A stretch of 64,000 nucleotides of DNA from Heterodontus francisci (taxonomy: Eukaryota): NCBI RefSeq assembly GCF_036365525.1, contig NC_090418.1:10974856-11038855 (forward strand), written 5' to 3'. Below the pieces are notes generated by a model. The model had not been told where the DNA came from, made no database searches, and saw only the letters and a program-made list of their open reading frames with translations. A program made the position numbers and the translations under genes. Below, in pieces: positions 22,884 through 34,400 of this stretch (positions within the stretch are counted from its first letter, which is position 1; each line of letters begins with the position of its first letter).

Positions 22884-25150
22884 TCAGCAGATTCTCCCAC
22901 AGTGGGTACAAGTGAAGGTGTAGTGGCTGCTGGGGGTAATTGGATCTATCCTTCTCCTCCTTTTCTCTTTCATGCTGGTTCTTCGCTCAGTCTCAGAGGT
23001 GTCTGTAGCCCTCTTGATGTAGCATCTCCAGGCATCACGATCTATGGCCTGCACTTCCCACTGGCGATGGTCGATGTGACACACAGAGAGGGACTTCTTC
23101 AGGGAGTCCTTGAAACATTTGCATGGGCCCCCTCTGTTCCTTTTACCAGTGGTCAGCTTCCCGTACACCATGATCTTGGGCAGGCGACTGTCGTCCATCT
23201 GACTAACCTGACCCACCCAACACAGTTGGCTTTGCAGGAGGATGGCCTTGATGCTGGTGATGTTGGCTGTTTCCAGGACTTCAATGTTTGTGATGCAGTC
23301 CTGCCAGTGGATCTTGAGGATGCTGCGGACGCAGCACTGATGGAGGTGGTCTAGAAGGCGTACATGATGGCGGTATAGGACCCATGACCTGGTGCCATAC
23401 AGAAGGGTGGTGAGGACTTTGAGTTTGTACACTTTGAATTTGGTCTTTGCTCTGAGGCTGTGGTTGCTCCACACACATTGGTATAGTCTGCCAAATGTAC
23501 TGTTTACTTTTGAAAGCCTATAGTCCACTTCCATGTCTATGGTGGCATCAAACGAGATGACACTCCTCAAATAAGTAAATTGCTTGACGGCATTCAGCTC
23601 GGTTCCCTCGATGACCATGCTCGGTGGTCTATATTCTTCTTGGGGTGCAGGCTGACGCAGGTCTTCAGTTTTCTTCACACTGATTTTTAGTTCGAAGAGT
23701 TGTGCTTCCTTGGAAATGTGTTGTTATGTGTTGCAGGTCTGACCGACTGTGGGCCAGGAGAGCACAGTCATCGGCGAAAAGAAGTTCACGGATGAGTTTT
23801 TCCTGTATCTTTGTGTGAGCCTGAAGACGCCTGAGGTTCAAAAGATCTCCATCAGTCCAGCAGTGAATGTAAACTCCCTCCTCAAGGTCTTCCGTTGCCT
23901 TCTGCAGCTCAGCCAGCCAGTCAAGAGAAAAAGACAGCCGACCGTCAAGCATGCAGCACCCTTTGCAGCATCATGCTGAAAAAGATGGTGAATAGGGTCA
24001 GGGCCAGCACACATTGGAGATACGGAAGGGACTCAAGAGGTCGTTGTTTTGCTTGACTTGTCCGTACTGATTTTCATGAAACTGCTTCACCATGGCCAGG
24101 AACCTGGGTGGACATCCAAGTTTTACCAGGACTTTCCAAAGTCTATCTCTGTTCACAGTTTCGAATGCCTTGGTGAGGTCGACGAAAGTGACGTATGGGC
24201 CTTTGTTTTGCTCAAGACACTTTTCTTGTAATTGTCTGAGTGCAAATACCATGTCTGTGGCGCCGCTGTTTGCTCTGAAACCACACTGGCTCTCTGGGAG
24301 GTTTTCTTCCGCAATGGTAGGCACAAGCCTGCTCAAAGGTATTCCAGCCAGGATCTTCCCAGCAATAGAAAGGAGGCTGATCCCACGGTAGTTGGAGCAG
24401 TCTGATTTTTCTCCTTTGTTTTTGTACAAGGTGATGATAACGGTAGCACGAACATCCCGTGGAATCCTGCCCTGTCCCCAGCAGGCCGTGAAACACTCCT
24501 GGAGCTTGGTGTAGAGGGCAGGGCCACCTTGTTTTAAGGCTTCGGGTGGAATTCCACCGGCTCTGGGGGCTTTGTTGTTCTTCGTCTAGTTGATGGCGGT
24601 CACAGTTTCCTCCAGACTTGGGCTCTCACCCAGTTCTTCTTTGGCAGGCTGTTGTTGGATGTGTTTGATGGCAGTATCATGCACTGTGCACTTGGTGCTG
24701 AAGAGAGTTTCAAAGTGCTCTGACCAGCGTTCCAGGACTGACTCCTTGTCGGTGTGTAGGGTCTTGCCATCGGTGCTCCTCAGGGGGTTTTGGATTTGAT
24801 TTGCTGGTCCATAGATAGATTTTAATGTTTCGTAGAAACTTCTTATGTGGCCAGTTTCAGCGTACAGTTGAGTTATTTCCACAAGTGTGATCCACCAGTC
24901 ATTGTGGATGTTCCTCAGTTTACATTGTCGGGTGCTGCATGCTTGACGGTCGGCTGTCTTTTTCTCTTGACTGGCTGGCTGAGCCGGGTGACCCTGATGA
25001 GCTGACCTTTCTCCTTGTCATTTTCATCAAACCAGTCCCTATTCTTCTTGGTGCTGGGTCCGATGACCTCGTTGGAAGTATCCAATACAGAATTGCTCCC
25101 ATTGGAGGAGAATCAAACATCGGAGACAGTGCGGATAAAAACCACGAGGT
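22884..25150 (-). mobile_element. RTE-clade LINE (BovB-like), degenerate, between the NAT16 and ZP3 5' ends; unit 2 ~54046-56312
   Basis: NYRGISLLSIAGKILA, ESQCGFR, LRQLQEKCLEQ, FVDLTKAF, LLFADDCAL, RLPKIMVYG..GKRNRGGP, terminal CTHCGRIC. Confidence 0.92.
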
Positions 25151-25649
25151 GGATTCCTAGCAGCGGGGTTCTGCGTTACGAGGAAAGTCGGGAGAGACTT
25201 GGGCTTTCCGACCTGTCTAAGAGGTGATCTTATAGACCAACAAAAGGTAGTAAATAATAGGGAGAAACTTTAACTGGTTTGAAATAAACTCTAAGGCCTC
25301 AGAATTGGGCTCCATCATGACGTCAGTGCCGGACTGACAGAAGCCCTGAAGGGAAATAATGGCGGATACGGGGAAAGAGCCAGGGAGTGGGACTTACTGG
25401 ATTGCACTTCGGAAGAGCCGGCACAGACTCGTGCTGAACTATCCTATGATTTCATAGACTATCCCAGCACAGAAGGAGGTCATTGTGCGACAGAGGCTGA
25501 AAATCCACAGTGCGTCTTAAATGCCAAAGTACTGAGATGCACCCTCTCAAAATCATAATGCTTTCCTGTAGGAAACAAATGGAAAACAACAATCCAGTCC
25601 AAGACTTCAAAGTTACAGCCTGATCCTTTGTGGAGTATCCTAGAATCAT

Positions 25650-26215
25650 ACAATTATAGAATCTTACCCTACAGATGGAGGCCATTCGGCCCATCGTGCC
25701 TGTGCTGACTCTTTAAAAGAGCTCTCCAATTTCGTCCCACATCCCAGCATTTTCCCCATAACCCTGTAAATTAGTTCTCTTCATGTACCTGCCCAATTGC
25801 CTTTTGATAGTTCCAATGGAATCAGATTGTACCATCCTTTCAGATCATCTGTTCCAGATCAGAACAAGCCTCCGGAGGCAGGAGTTTCTCTTCATTACCT
25901 TTCGAGTTCTTTAGCCAATTATTTGAAATCGGTGTCCTCTGGTGACCCACCCACTTCCCAGAGGGAGCGGTTTCTCCCTACTTGCTCTATCAAAGCCCCT
26001 CACGATGTTGGACACCTCGATTTAAATCTCCCCTTAACCTTCTCTGCTCTAAGGAGACCAATCCCAGTTTCTCCAGTCTCTCCACATTACTGATTCCCTC
26101 ATTCCTGGTATCATCCTGAAACTCTGACCCCTCTCCAAGGCTTTGACATCCTTCCTAAAGTACGGTGCCCAGAATTGGACACAATGCTCCAACTGAGGCT
26201 TAACCAGAGAGTTGT
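25650..26215 (-). mobile_element. Degenerate CR1 3' fragment; unit 2 ~56812-57377
   Basis: LVKPQLEHCVQFWAPYFRKDVKALE and tail ggaggccattcggcccatcg. Confidence 0.8.
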
Positions 26216-26218
26216 TTG

Positions 26219-26397
26219 AAAAAAAGAAAGTCTTGCATTCATATAGCACCTTTCACGAGCACAGGACATCCCAAAGCGCTTTATAGCCAATAAAACAACT
26301 TTTGAAGTGTAGTCGCTGTTGTAATGGAGGAAACATGGCAGCCAATTTGTGCACAGCAAGATCCCACAATCAGGAATGTGACATTGGCCAGATAATT
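26219..26397 (-). mobile_element. Deu-domain-type SINE 3' fragment directly upstream of the ZP3 promoter; unit 2 ~57381-57559
   Basis: ttgcattcatatagcacctttcac..caaagcgcttt..ttgaagtgtagtc.ctgttgtaatg..gcagccaatttgtgcacagcaagatcccaca resembles AmnSINE/SacSINE-type sequence (from memory). Confidence 0.65.
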
Positions 26398-26451
26398 CTA
26401 GATTATTGTATGAATAGTTTCCGTCAAAATGAGCAATCGTGGAGCTGATTT

Positions 26452-26637
26452 GTGTCAGGTGACATGGGGAAACTCAGAGTCACTCCTATTGGTCTAAATA
26501 AAATAGGCCCGCCTGGCAATGAATCCATGGGTTCTGCCATTGGGTGTAAATTGTGGAGATTGGGGCTGGTTAATTGGCTCAATGTTGCTGCTTCTGGGAT
26601 CATTGGTGTCAGGTGACTGCAGGTTGTGTGTATAAAA
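26452..26637 (+). promoter_or_regulatory. ZP3 proximal promoter: TATAAAA, two CAGGTG E-boxes, five inverted CCAAT boxes; copy 2 at 57614-57799
   Basis: TATAAAA at 26631-26637. GTGTCAGGTGAC occurs twice (E-boxes 26456-26461 and 26610-26615). ATTGG at 26488, 26539, 26559, 26573 and 26602. Confidence 0.75.
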
Positions 26638-26681
26638 GGAGCTGGTTGGTGGGTGAAGCAATGGTTGAGTTGTTTGGTATC

Positions 26682-29594
26682 ATGGGGGATTTTGTAATGA
26701 GGGGTTTGTTCCCAGTGCTGGTGTTAGTTGGAATTGTCTGTTGCTCTGATACTTGGCAACAGTTTCGAGACCAGAGGTTTCCATGGAGAAGAGTGAAAGC
26801 CACCCCTGTGCCTCAGAGAGTCCCTCCAACTGGGTCTCCCTTTGGTTCCCGTTTCCATGTGTCTGAGGGTCGAAGTGTGTCTCCACTGCAGACTGTGACG
26901 GTGCAGTGTGGAGAGCAGAACCTGCTGGTCAGGGTCCAGATGGATTTATTTGGAACCAGGCACCTGATTAAAGCTGCTGACCTGACCCTGGGGACAGCAG
27001 GTTGTCGGCCGACCAGGATCTACTCTCAGAACCACACTGTCCTCTTTGACTATGGGCTCCATGAGTGTGGCAGCAGATTACAGGTAATGAGTCCTTGACT
27101 CTTGCTCTAAGCTGGGTGTGTAGATTGTTGCTAACTCTTCATTCCAATACATTGTGAAATGTCATTGAGTTGTCTGTCTCCTGCATTATCAAACTTCAAT
27201 CTTGTTAGTTGTGTATTGTACTTTTGTTTTATCCAGTCTCTCCTTCTTTCCCACCTTTTATTATCAGCCCAATTGGTTTTGAACCTTCTCTTTGGTCTCT
27301 TCAAGCTTTCCTGTTTTTCTTATCCTCATTAATGAGTCTTTTCAGTTCTACTGCCCCTCATTAAACTGAACTTGAATCTTCAGTTTCAGTCCAGTTTTAT
27401 TTAATCTGGTTGACTCTTCAATGAACGGAATGAAAAATTAGATTTGATGCCACATTTCCTGCTTTCCCTGTAACTGGATTATGTGCAGCCCTGCTTCAAG
27501 ACTGGTTTATTTCTGAGCTCTAAATTGCTGTAACTTGTGGCTGTTAAGGGAATGGCCCAAAAGGACAGCTTCACTTTTATTTTGTTTAGTTCTTGTGCTC
27601 ACAGTCTCTCCTTTTTACTTGTGTTAATTCTCCAGAGCAACATGCTGTACAGCCCCTCTAGCTGCTTTTAAGATTGTGCTTAAACTTCTCCTCAAATTCC
27701 ATGTCCTCATCTCATTCTGATTCACTTTATGCCCAAAAAGATATCCATCCATCTTGAATATCATCCATGAGGATTTCTGTCTCGGGTAGAGAATTCCAAA
27801 GATTTATGGTTTTTTGAATGAAGCTTTTTTTAATCATGTCAACTGCAAGTGACCCTGTATCTGAGTCTACACTTCCTAATTTTACTAGTCAGTTGGGGAA
27901 CTGACTCAGCACTACCCTGTCAAGCCCACTAAGAACTGTTTTGTTAGGATCACTTCATTCTTAACTCCTGTACAGAGTATTTTCCTTTTTTGGTCTGATC
28001 TCCCTGCTTCAATATGATGTCTTTCAGATGGCTGGAGATTTCCTGGTCTACACCACCCACCTGAACCACACCCCCCAGTATCATGGATCTGTCATTGTGA
28101 GAACCAATGGAGCTGTCGTTCCCATCGAGTGTCATTATTTTAGGTAATAGATGAGTGATTTTTATTAATGAATTTTCAGTCCAATGCAAGTTCTCTGAAG
28201 TTGTCCTAAAATGACTCTCCTGTCCTTCCAGGAAGGGCAATGTGAGCAGTAACCCCATCAAGCCCACCTGGATCCCATTCAGCTCCACCAAGTCTGGAGA
28301 AGGGCATCTGTCATTCTCACTGCGCCTAATGAATGGTATGTGATGGGTGGATGGGGAGTGATTTCCTGTACTCACCCACTGGGAGTTGTACCCACTGTCT
28401 CCAACCCTTGTCCTCTTGTACTTCAGATGACTGGCTTACAGAGCGCACCTCGACTGTCTACTACCTGGGTGACCTCATTCACATTGAGGCCTCTGTTTTA
28501 ACGACCAACCACATGCCCCTGAAGCTCTACATTGACCACTGTGTAGCTACATTGAGCCCAGACAAGGATTCCACCCCGAGATACAGCATCATTGACTATA
28601 ATGGGTAAGGAGCTCTCTGCTTTCTCCAGTTGGTCCCATCTCAATGGCTTCACTTGATTCAATTCATGTCCCTTTTTTGAATCTTTCTCCAGTTGCCTCC
28701 TGGACAGCAAAGCTGAGGACTCCTTTTCAACCTTCGTGTTGCCAAGAGACGAGCGTGAGCTGGACAAGCTCCAGTTTGACCTGGATGCTTTCCTCTTCTT
28801 TGGAGATGACCTTTCCTTGGTAAGAGGAATCTGATCATTGGGCCCTCCATGTTTGGAGGGAGTCACTAAATAACTTGTGTTGAAATTTATCCCTCAGATT
28901 TTCATCACCTGTCACCTGAAAGTTGCTGCAGTGGATCGGAGAGATTCCATGAACAAAGCTTGTACTTTCCAGAAGATGCAGAATGTGTAAGTTCCCTTTT
29001 CTCTCCTGAGGGATGTTGTATGGAAAGGTGATGGACAACCTGGTTGAGCAACTTTCTCTTGTTTAGCTGGACCCCATTGGAGCAATCCAACAATGACATT
29101 TGTGCCTGTTGCCATGTGGGTAACTGTGGTGCCACAAGGGAGTTCCGATTTCCTTCCAGAGGAAGGAGGGATCTTGTACCTGAAGCTGGTAGGACATTGA
29201 TCCTCTAGATGTGGGAGATCTCCCTTTACCCCCTCTAACTGGCATGTTTGATATTGCAGAGAGTGAAGCTGGATTGAAGTGGGAGGGTGAGGCCTCACTT
29301 GGACCCCTGGTCATTCTGGATACTGAGGTGACTGACCTGGCAACGGAGTCCTTGAATGAGGTTGAGCGAAGGCTGCAGGCGAGGTCTCCAGGTGGTGAGT
29401 TGGCTGACTGCTAGTTTCCATTTTCCCCTCAGTGTTTCCTTCACTAACCATTGGTATCTCATTGCTTTGTAGGTGTGGAGTCTGAGGTGGTCCTGATTGT
29501 GGCCCTGACTGTGACAGCTGTCTGTCTGATCTCTGCTTCATTGATTGCTTTGTTCCTGTACAGAAAACGCAAGCAAACTCCAGTTCTCCAATGA
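26682..29594 (+). CDS. zp3: Zona pellucida sperm-binding protein 3-like (ZP3/ZPC), copy 1; exons 26682-27083, 28028-28143, 28232-28335, 28427-28604, 28693-28819, 28898-28986, 29067-29188, 29260-29394, 29473-29594 (464 aa)
   Basis: All introns are GT-AG with compatible phases and no internal stop. Protein has a signal peptide ([21 protein letters not shown]), ZP-N (VTVQCGE..DLFGT..LTLG..C..GLHECG..PIECHY), linker ([14 protein letters not shown]), ZP-C ([44 protein letters not shown]), ZP3 Cys cluster ([10 protein letters not shown]), furin site RGRR, external hydrophobic patch (SLGPLVIL), a TM helix and a basic tail. An in-frame ATG at 26661 is an alternative start. Confidence 0.95.
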
Positions 29595-29596
29595 TC

Positions 29597-29602
29597 AATA
29601 AA
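29597..29602 (+). terminator. ZP3 polyadenylation signal; copy 2 at 60761-60766
   Basis: AATAAA two bases after the TGA stop, followed by a T-rich tract. Confidence 0.75.
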
Positions 29603-30818
29603 GCAATGATACTTGTATCTTTTTCTATTTATTTCGTGTCAGCCCAATGAACAACAGCCCAGTTTAGTGATACTAGAGCATTCTCCTAATTGTGAAATAG
29701 ACCAATTTCTCCCGAACCTATTTCGGGTTTGGACTTGTCAAGTTGCAGCCTGACCTATAAGAAGGATTAGTGAAATGAATCCGATCTGAGCTGATTTATC
29801 TATTCAGCTGCATCTCAGTCCCATGTTGCTGAGATTTATCCACCAGTTAGAGGAGCTGTCTGGTTGGCCAATAAAGGTGAACATTCTGAGGTCCATGGAT
29901 GTATCCTCTCCACCTGAGTTCATGTCAATGTCCCATATCCCTGTGGTTTTCTACAACCTAAGGGCATTGCTGTGCAGAGTTGAGGCTGGTTGTTAGTTTC
30001 CTTTTGGCTTTCATTGACAGCTTAGGTTTTTTTTTTCATATGGGCATTCAACTGACTGTCACTTGTGGGAAGCTACAAGCATTGGGGAGGATGAGCAGTT
30101 TAGCTATGAGTTGCTTGGTCAAGTTCTCTAACTGTCGAAGACTAATTGGATTTTGAAGTTACTACCAAGTGAGTTGTTTGGCATGTTGTCTGTGGACCTC
30201 AAAAAGGTTCCCTGTAAGACTGAGGCAGCCTTTTCCACTTGGATGTGGTTTTTGGAGATACTAAGTGTTTATATTGACTGGGATGTGACCAGTGGTGATC
30301 CCTCGGGTTCTACAGTCTGTACTGGCTACTGTTACATGAAGGAATCTTGATGTGTTATATCCAAGTTTGCAGGTGATCTCCTGTGCCAATGAGAGCAGGA
30401 AGTTCCAAAAGGGGCACTGAGTGGATGGGCAGAGTGACAACTGCAGCTGACTGAAATTCTTCACTCAAGTCTGAAGATTAAAAATTTAAGTCAAATTCTC
30501 ACCAATGAGATTTGAAGGTCCAAGTCCTTTATTTTAATAAACTATAGCAAACATTTTGCTGAACTATAGGCTTGTCACAAAGTGGAATGGCTGATGGTTC
30601 AGTTGCTGTGTACTTTGTCCAAACTCCAATGTTTTGGAGTACTAAAAATTTTGGGCACTACATCTGGGAAGGATACTGCTGGATTTGGTTGGGTTGTAGC
30701 ACAGGTTGACCAGGGTTAAGTTGAGGGCTAGTTGCACAAACCTGTGAAGATGATTGGAAGAATGACCTAATCAAGGGCCTGTTAAATGTTAGGGTTTGAT
30801 AGGATAGATAGACATTAT

Positions 30819-31197
30819 GGGGAGGTGGTGGCCTAGTGGCATATCACTGGATTAGTAACCTGGAGACCCAGGGTATTTCTCTGGGGACATGGCTTCAAAT
30901 CCCACCACAGCAGAAGGTGGAATTTGAATTCAATTAATAAATCTGGAATTAAAAAGCTAGTCTAATGATGGCCATGAAACCATTGTCTGTTTAAAAACCC
31001 ATCTGGTTCACTAATTCCCTTTCTTTTTTTAGGGAAGGAAATCTGCTGTCCTTACCTGGTCTGGCCTGCATGTGACTCCAGATCCACAGCAATGTGGTTA
31101 ACTCTAACACTCAGTGCAAGGGCGATTGGGGATGGGTAATAAATGCTGGCCTGGCCTATGACACCCACATCCCGTGAAAGAATTAAAAAAAAAAAAA
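30819..31197 (+). mobile_element. tRNA-derived SINE with poly(A) tail; unit 2 ~61983-62366
   Basis: A box TGGCCTAGTGG, B-box-like GGCTTCAAATCCC, same body as 4688-5110, A-run 31185-31197. Confidence 0.85.
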
Positions 31198-31387
31198 CTT
31201 AATGTGGGGTGTTAAAGGGAGCTAAACTTAATAGATTATTCAGGAGTTATCTCTTACTCAGCCATTGTGTTGTGACGTGTGTTTGTCAGGTTGTCTCTGA
31301 CTATTTGAGCGGCACCATCTTTAGTCCTGGCATCCAGAAGTCGCAGTCCATGACGTTTTAGAGGCATTTGCGCATGTGCCACAGCAC

Positions 31388-31400
31388 TGCCACCTAGTGG
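31388..31400 (-). promoter_or_regulatory. CTCF consensus motif at the unit junction; copy at 62558-62570
   Basis: TGCCACCTAGTGG, reverse complement CCACTAGGTGGCA, matches the CTCF core. An NRF1-like TGCGCATGTGC lies just upstream in unit 1. Confidence 0.55.
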
Positions 31401-34400
31401 TAGTTTTTGGAGGGCCAGCAGCTCACCAGCCACAGTGGTGACACTGGGATGAGTGGTCACTGCTGGGACTGCACCCGGCCAGGAGCAACAAGATGGAACA
31501 GGTCCCAGAACCCAGGGAAGTGGGGTCAGGCTGACCGGGGCCAGTCAGGCAGGGTGGTAAGGGGGTTGTTGGCAAGGGCAGAGTGGAGGGTGTTTCAGTG
31601 GGGGCAGCCCTCCACCGGGTGTCCCCTCCATGGGCCACAGGGTGCCCGATCAGGAGGGCTTCCCCATAACCCAAGCCCACATGGAGGACGACAGCTTTTA
31701 CTGGGTAGACTTCCCACGTGCTGGAGGGACTCCAACCCATCGGCCATTGGGGCTCAGGGCAGGAATGCCATCCTCCACCATCCCCCACCCCCGGTTGAAC
31801 CAGATGGAGTCGGGAACGGCGACAGGCATTCCCCGTCCCGCTTTCCCTTCCGATTCCACGACCTCCTACGAACCTATGAATTAGGAGCAGAAGCAGGCCA
31901 TTCAGCCCCTCGAGCCTGCTCCGCCATCAATAAGATCATGGATGATCTGTTTGTGTCTGAATTCCACACTGCTTGGAAACATGTGTTTTGTGTTGCAGGT
32001 CTGACTGACTGGGGGCCAGGAGAGCAAGTCATCGGCGTAAAGAAGTTCACAGATGAGTTTTTCCTGTACCTTTGTGTGAGTCTGAAGACGCCTGAGGTTG
32101 GAAAGGTCTCCATCAGTCCGGCAGTGAACGTAAACTCCATCCTCAAGGTCTTCCGTTGCCTGCTGCACCATCATGCTGTGCAGGAAACGCGAGCAAACTC
32201 TGATCATTGTCAAATGATCAATAAAGCAATGATACTTGTATCTGGTAGCTCATTTGTCACTGGATCCTCTTAATTGACTCATTTAATGTATCTAATCACT
32301 GGTATCAGCCTGGAACGAGACTTGAGGTGGTGAGGTAGAACTGGATGTTATCAACATATATGTGGAAACTGACTGTCTTTAGATCACCAAGGGGCAGCAT
32401 GCCAATAAATAAGAGGGAGCTGATCGAACCTTGTGCCACACTGGAAAGTGTTTCTGGAGTAGCACGAGTAGATGTTCCTATGGCTCGGACTGGATTGCTA
32501 AGAATAGAAGCAGGTGACTTTAAAGCAGCTGCCCAATGAGGGAGAGGAATTGGAGAAGCAGGTTGTGGTTGCTCCTGGCAGACTGCAGCTAGGTCAGGAA
32601 TGACGGAGGGATAGTTTATCACGGTTGCAACATTCCATTATGTTTTTGATGAGCCATTCTGGTGTTGCGATTGCCGTACTGCTAATTGGAGTGATGACAA
32701 ACATGGGGGTCCCATTTGTCTGGAACTCAATATGGGAGGTGTCATGTTCAAGGATGTTGGTGATGGAGAGAGAGGTAGATTACAAGGACAGAGGGGTCAG
32801 CTTGCTTGAGAAGGGGGGGGTAATGATGGCAGATGTGAAGGGGAGTGGAACAAATGAGAAGCAAGTATCAGCTAATTTAGGGGCCGAGAAGGGAAATTGG
32901 GTGGTTTGCAGTTTAGTGGGAATAGGGTTGAGAAGATGAGGTGGGGTGTCAGACAAGATGAGCTTGGAGTGGCACTGAGGGAAGATAGAGGAAGATACAT
33001 TTTAGGGCAGGGTGTCAGGTGATCCTTTAGCCCAGCAGGCCAAACATGTTGCTAGGAAGTAGCAGAAGCAGCTGAATGGTCTTTGTAGTTAGATGTGAGC
33101 GTGGGGTTAGAGAGTAAATCTCCCTCGACTCTGTCCCATCTAACACTCCCAGGACAAGTTAGAGTGTAGATGGCATGTAACCTCTGCAGCATGAGGGAAA
33201 CCCTGGTCCATACGTACATCCTAGCTGCATCTACCCTGTCTATCCCTTTGAAACTTACAAAATACTTAATGAGATCACCTCTCATTCTTTGAAATGCGAG
33301 AGAATACAGGCTCAGTTTCCCCAATCTCTCTTCATAGGACAGTCCCATCATGCCAGGAAAAAGTGTGGGGAATTTCTGTTACACTCCCTCGATGGTAATA
33401 ATATCCAGGTGCTGTCTAACCAAGGTTCTATACAATTCCCACGTTCTATTCCATCTGCCACATTCTTGCCCACTCACTAAGTCTGTCCAAATCCCTTTGA
33501 AGCCGCTTTGCATCTTCCTCACAACACACATTCCCACCTAGTTTTGTGTCATCCGCGAACTTGGAAATATTACATTTGGTCCCCACATCCAAATCATTGA
33601 TATATATTGTGAACAGCTGAGGCCCAAGCACTGATCCCTGCGGCACCCCACTAGTCACAGCCTGCCAACGTGAGAATGCCCCATTTATTCCTACTTTCTG
33701 TTTTCTGCCTGTTAACCAATCCTTAATCCAAGCCAGTATATTACCTCCTATCCCATGTGCTTTAATTTTACTAACCAACCTCCTGTGGGGGACTTTATCA
33801 AAAGCCTTCTGATTATCCTCGTATACTACGTCCACCGACTCCCCTTTATCAATTCTGTTAGTAACATCCTCAAAAAAACTCCAAGAGGTTTGTCAAACAT
33901 GATTTCCCATTCATAACTCCATGTTGAGTATGCCCAATCAGATCATTATTTCCCGGTGTCCCTTTATCACATCCTTTCGAAAAGATTATAGCATTTCCCC
34001 AACAGGTCTGTAATTCCCTGTTTCTCTCTCCCTTCCTTCTTATTTGCTACCTTCCAATCTGCAGGAACCAATCCAGAATCTATAGAATTTTGAAAGGTGA
34101 TCACCAATGCATTCACTATCTGAATAGCTACCTCTTTCAACACTCTGGAATGTAGAATATCAGGTCCTGAGGACTTATCAACCTTCAGCCCCTTAATTTC
34201 TCCAATACAACCTGCTTACTAATACTAATTTCCTTCAATTCCTCATTCTCCCTAATCCCTTGGATCTCTAATTCCGGGAGATTTCTTGTATCTTCCTCAG
34301 TGAAGACAGACACAAAGTAATCATTTAGCTTCTCTGCCATTTCTCTATTCCCCATTATAAATTCTCCTGACTCTGTCTGTAATGCCTATGTACTGTCATG

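Larger units (their letters stand above)
1..31703 (+). repeat. Tandem segmental duplication, unit 1 (31,703 bp; boundary set by window start)
   Basis: Sequence at position 1 (ggtagacttcccacgtgctgg) recurs at 31704 and 62873. The ORF track repeats in the same order with offsets of 31703 falling to ~31160. Confidence 0.97.

Noticed and set aside
26574-26681. N-terminal extension of ZP3 shown in the ORF track
   Set aside because: Starts at TTG upstream of the TATA box. The signal peptide begins at ATG 26682 (or 26661).
31407-32273. 288 aa ORF spanning the unit junction
   Set aside because: No ATG at its start, a patchwork of MITE, antisense LINE and ZP3 remnant, and broken by indels in the next junction.
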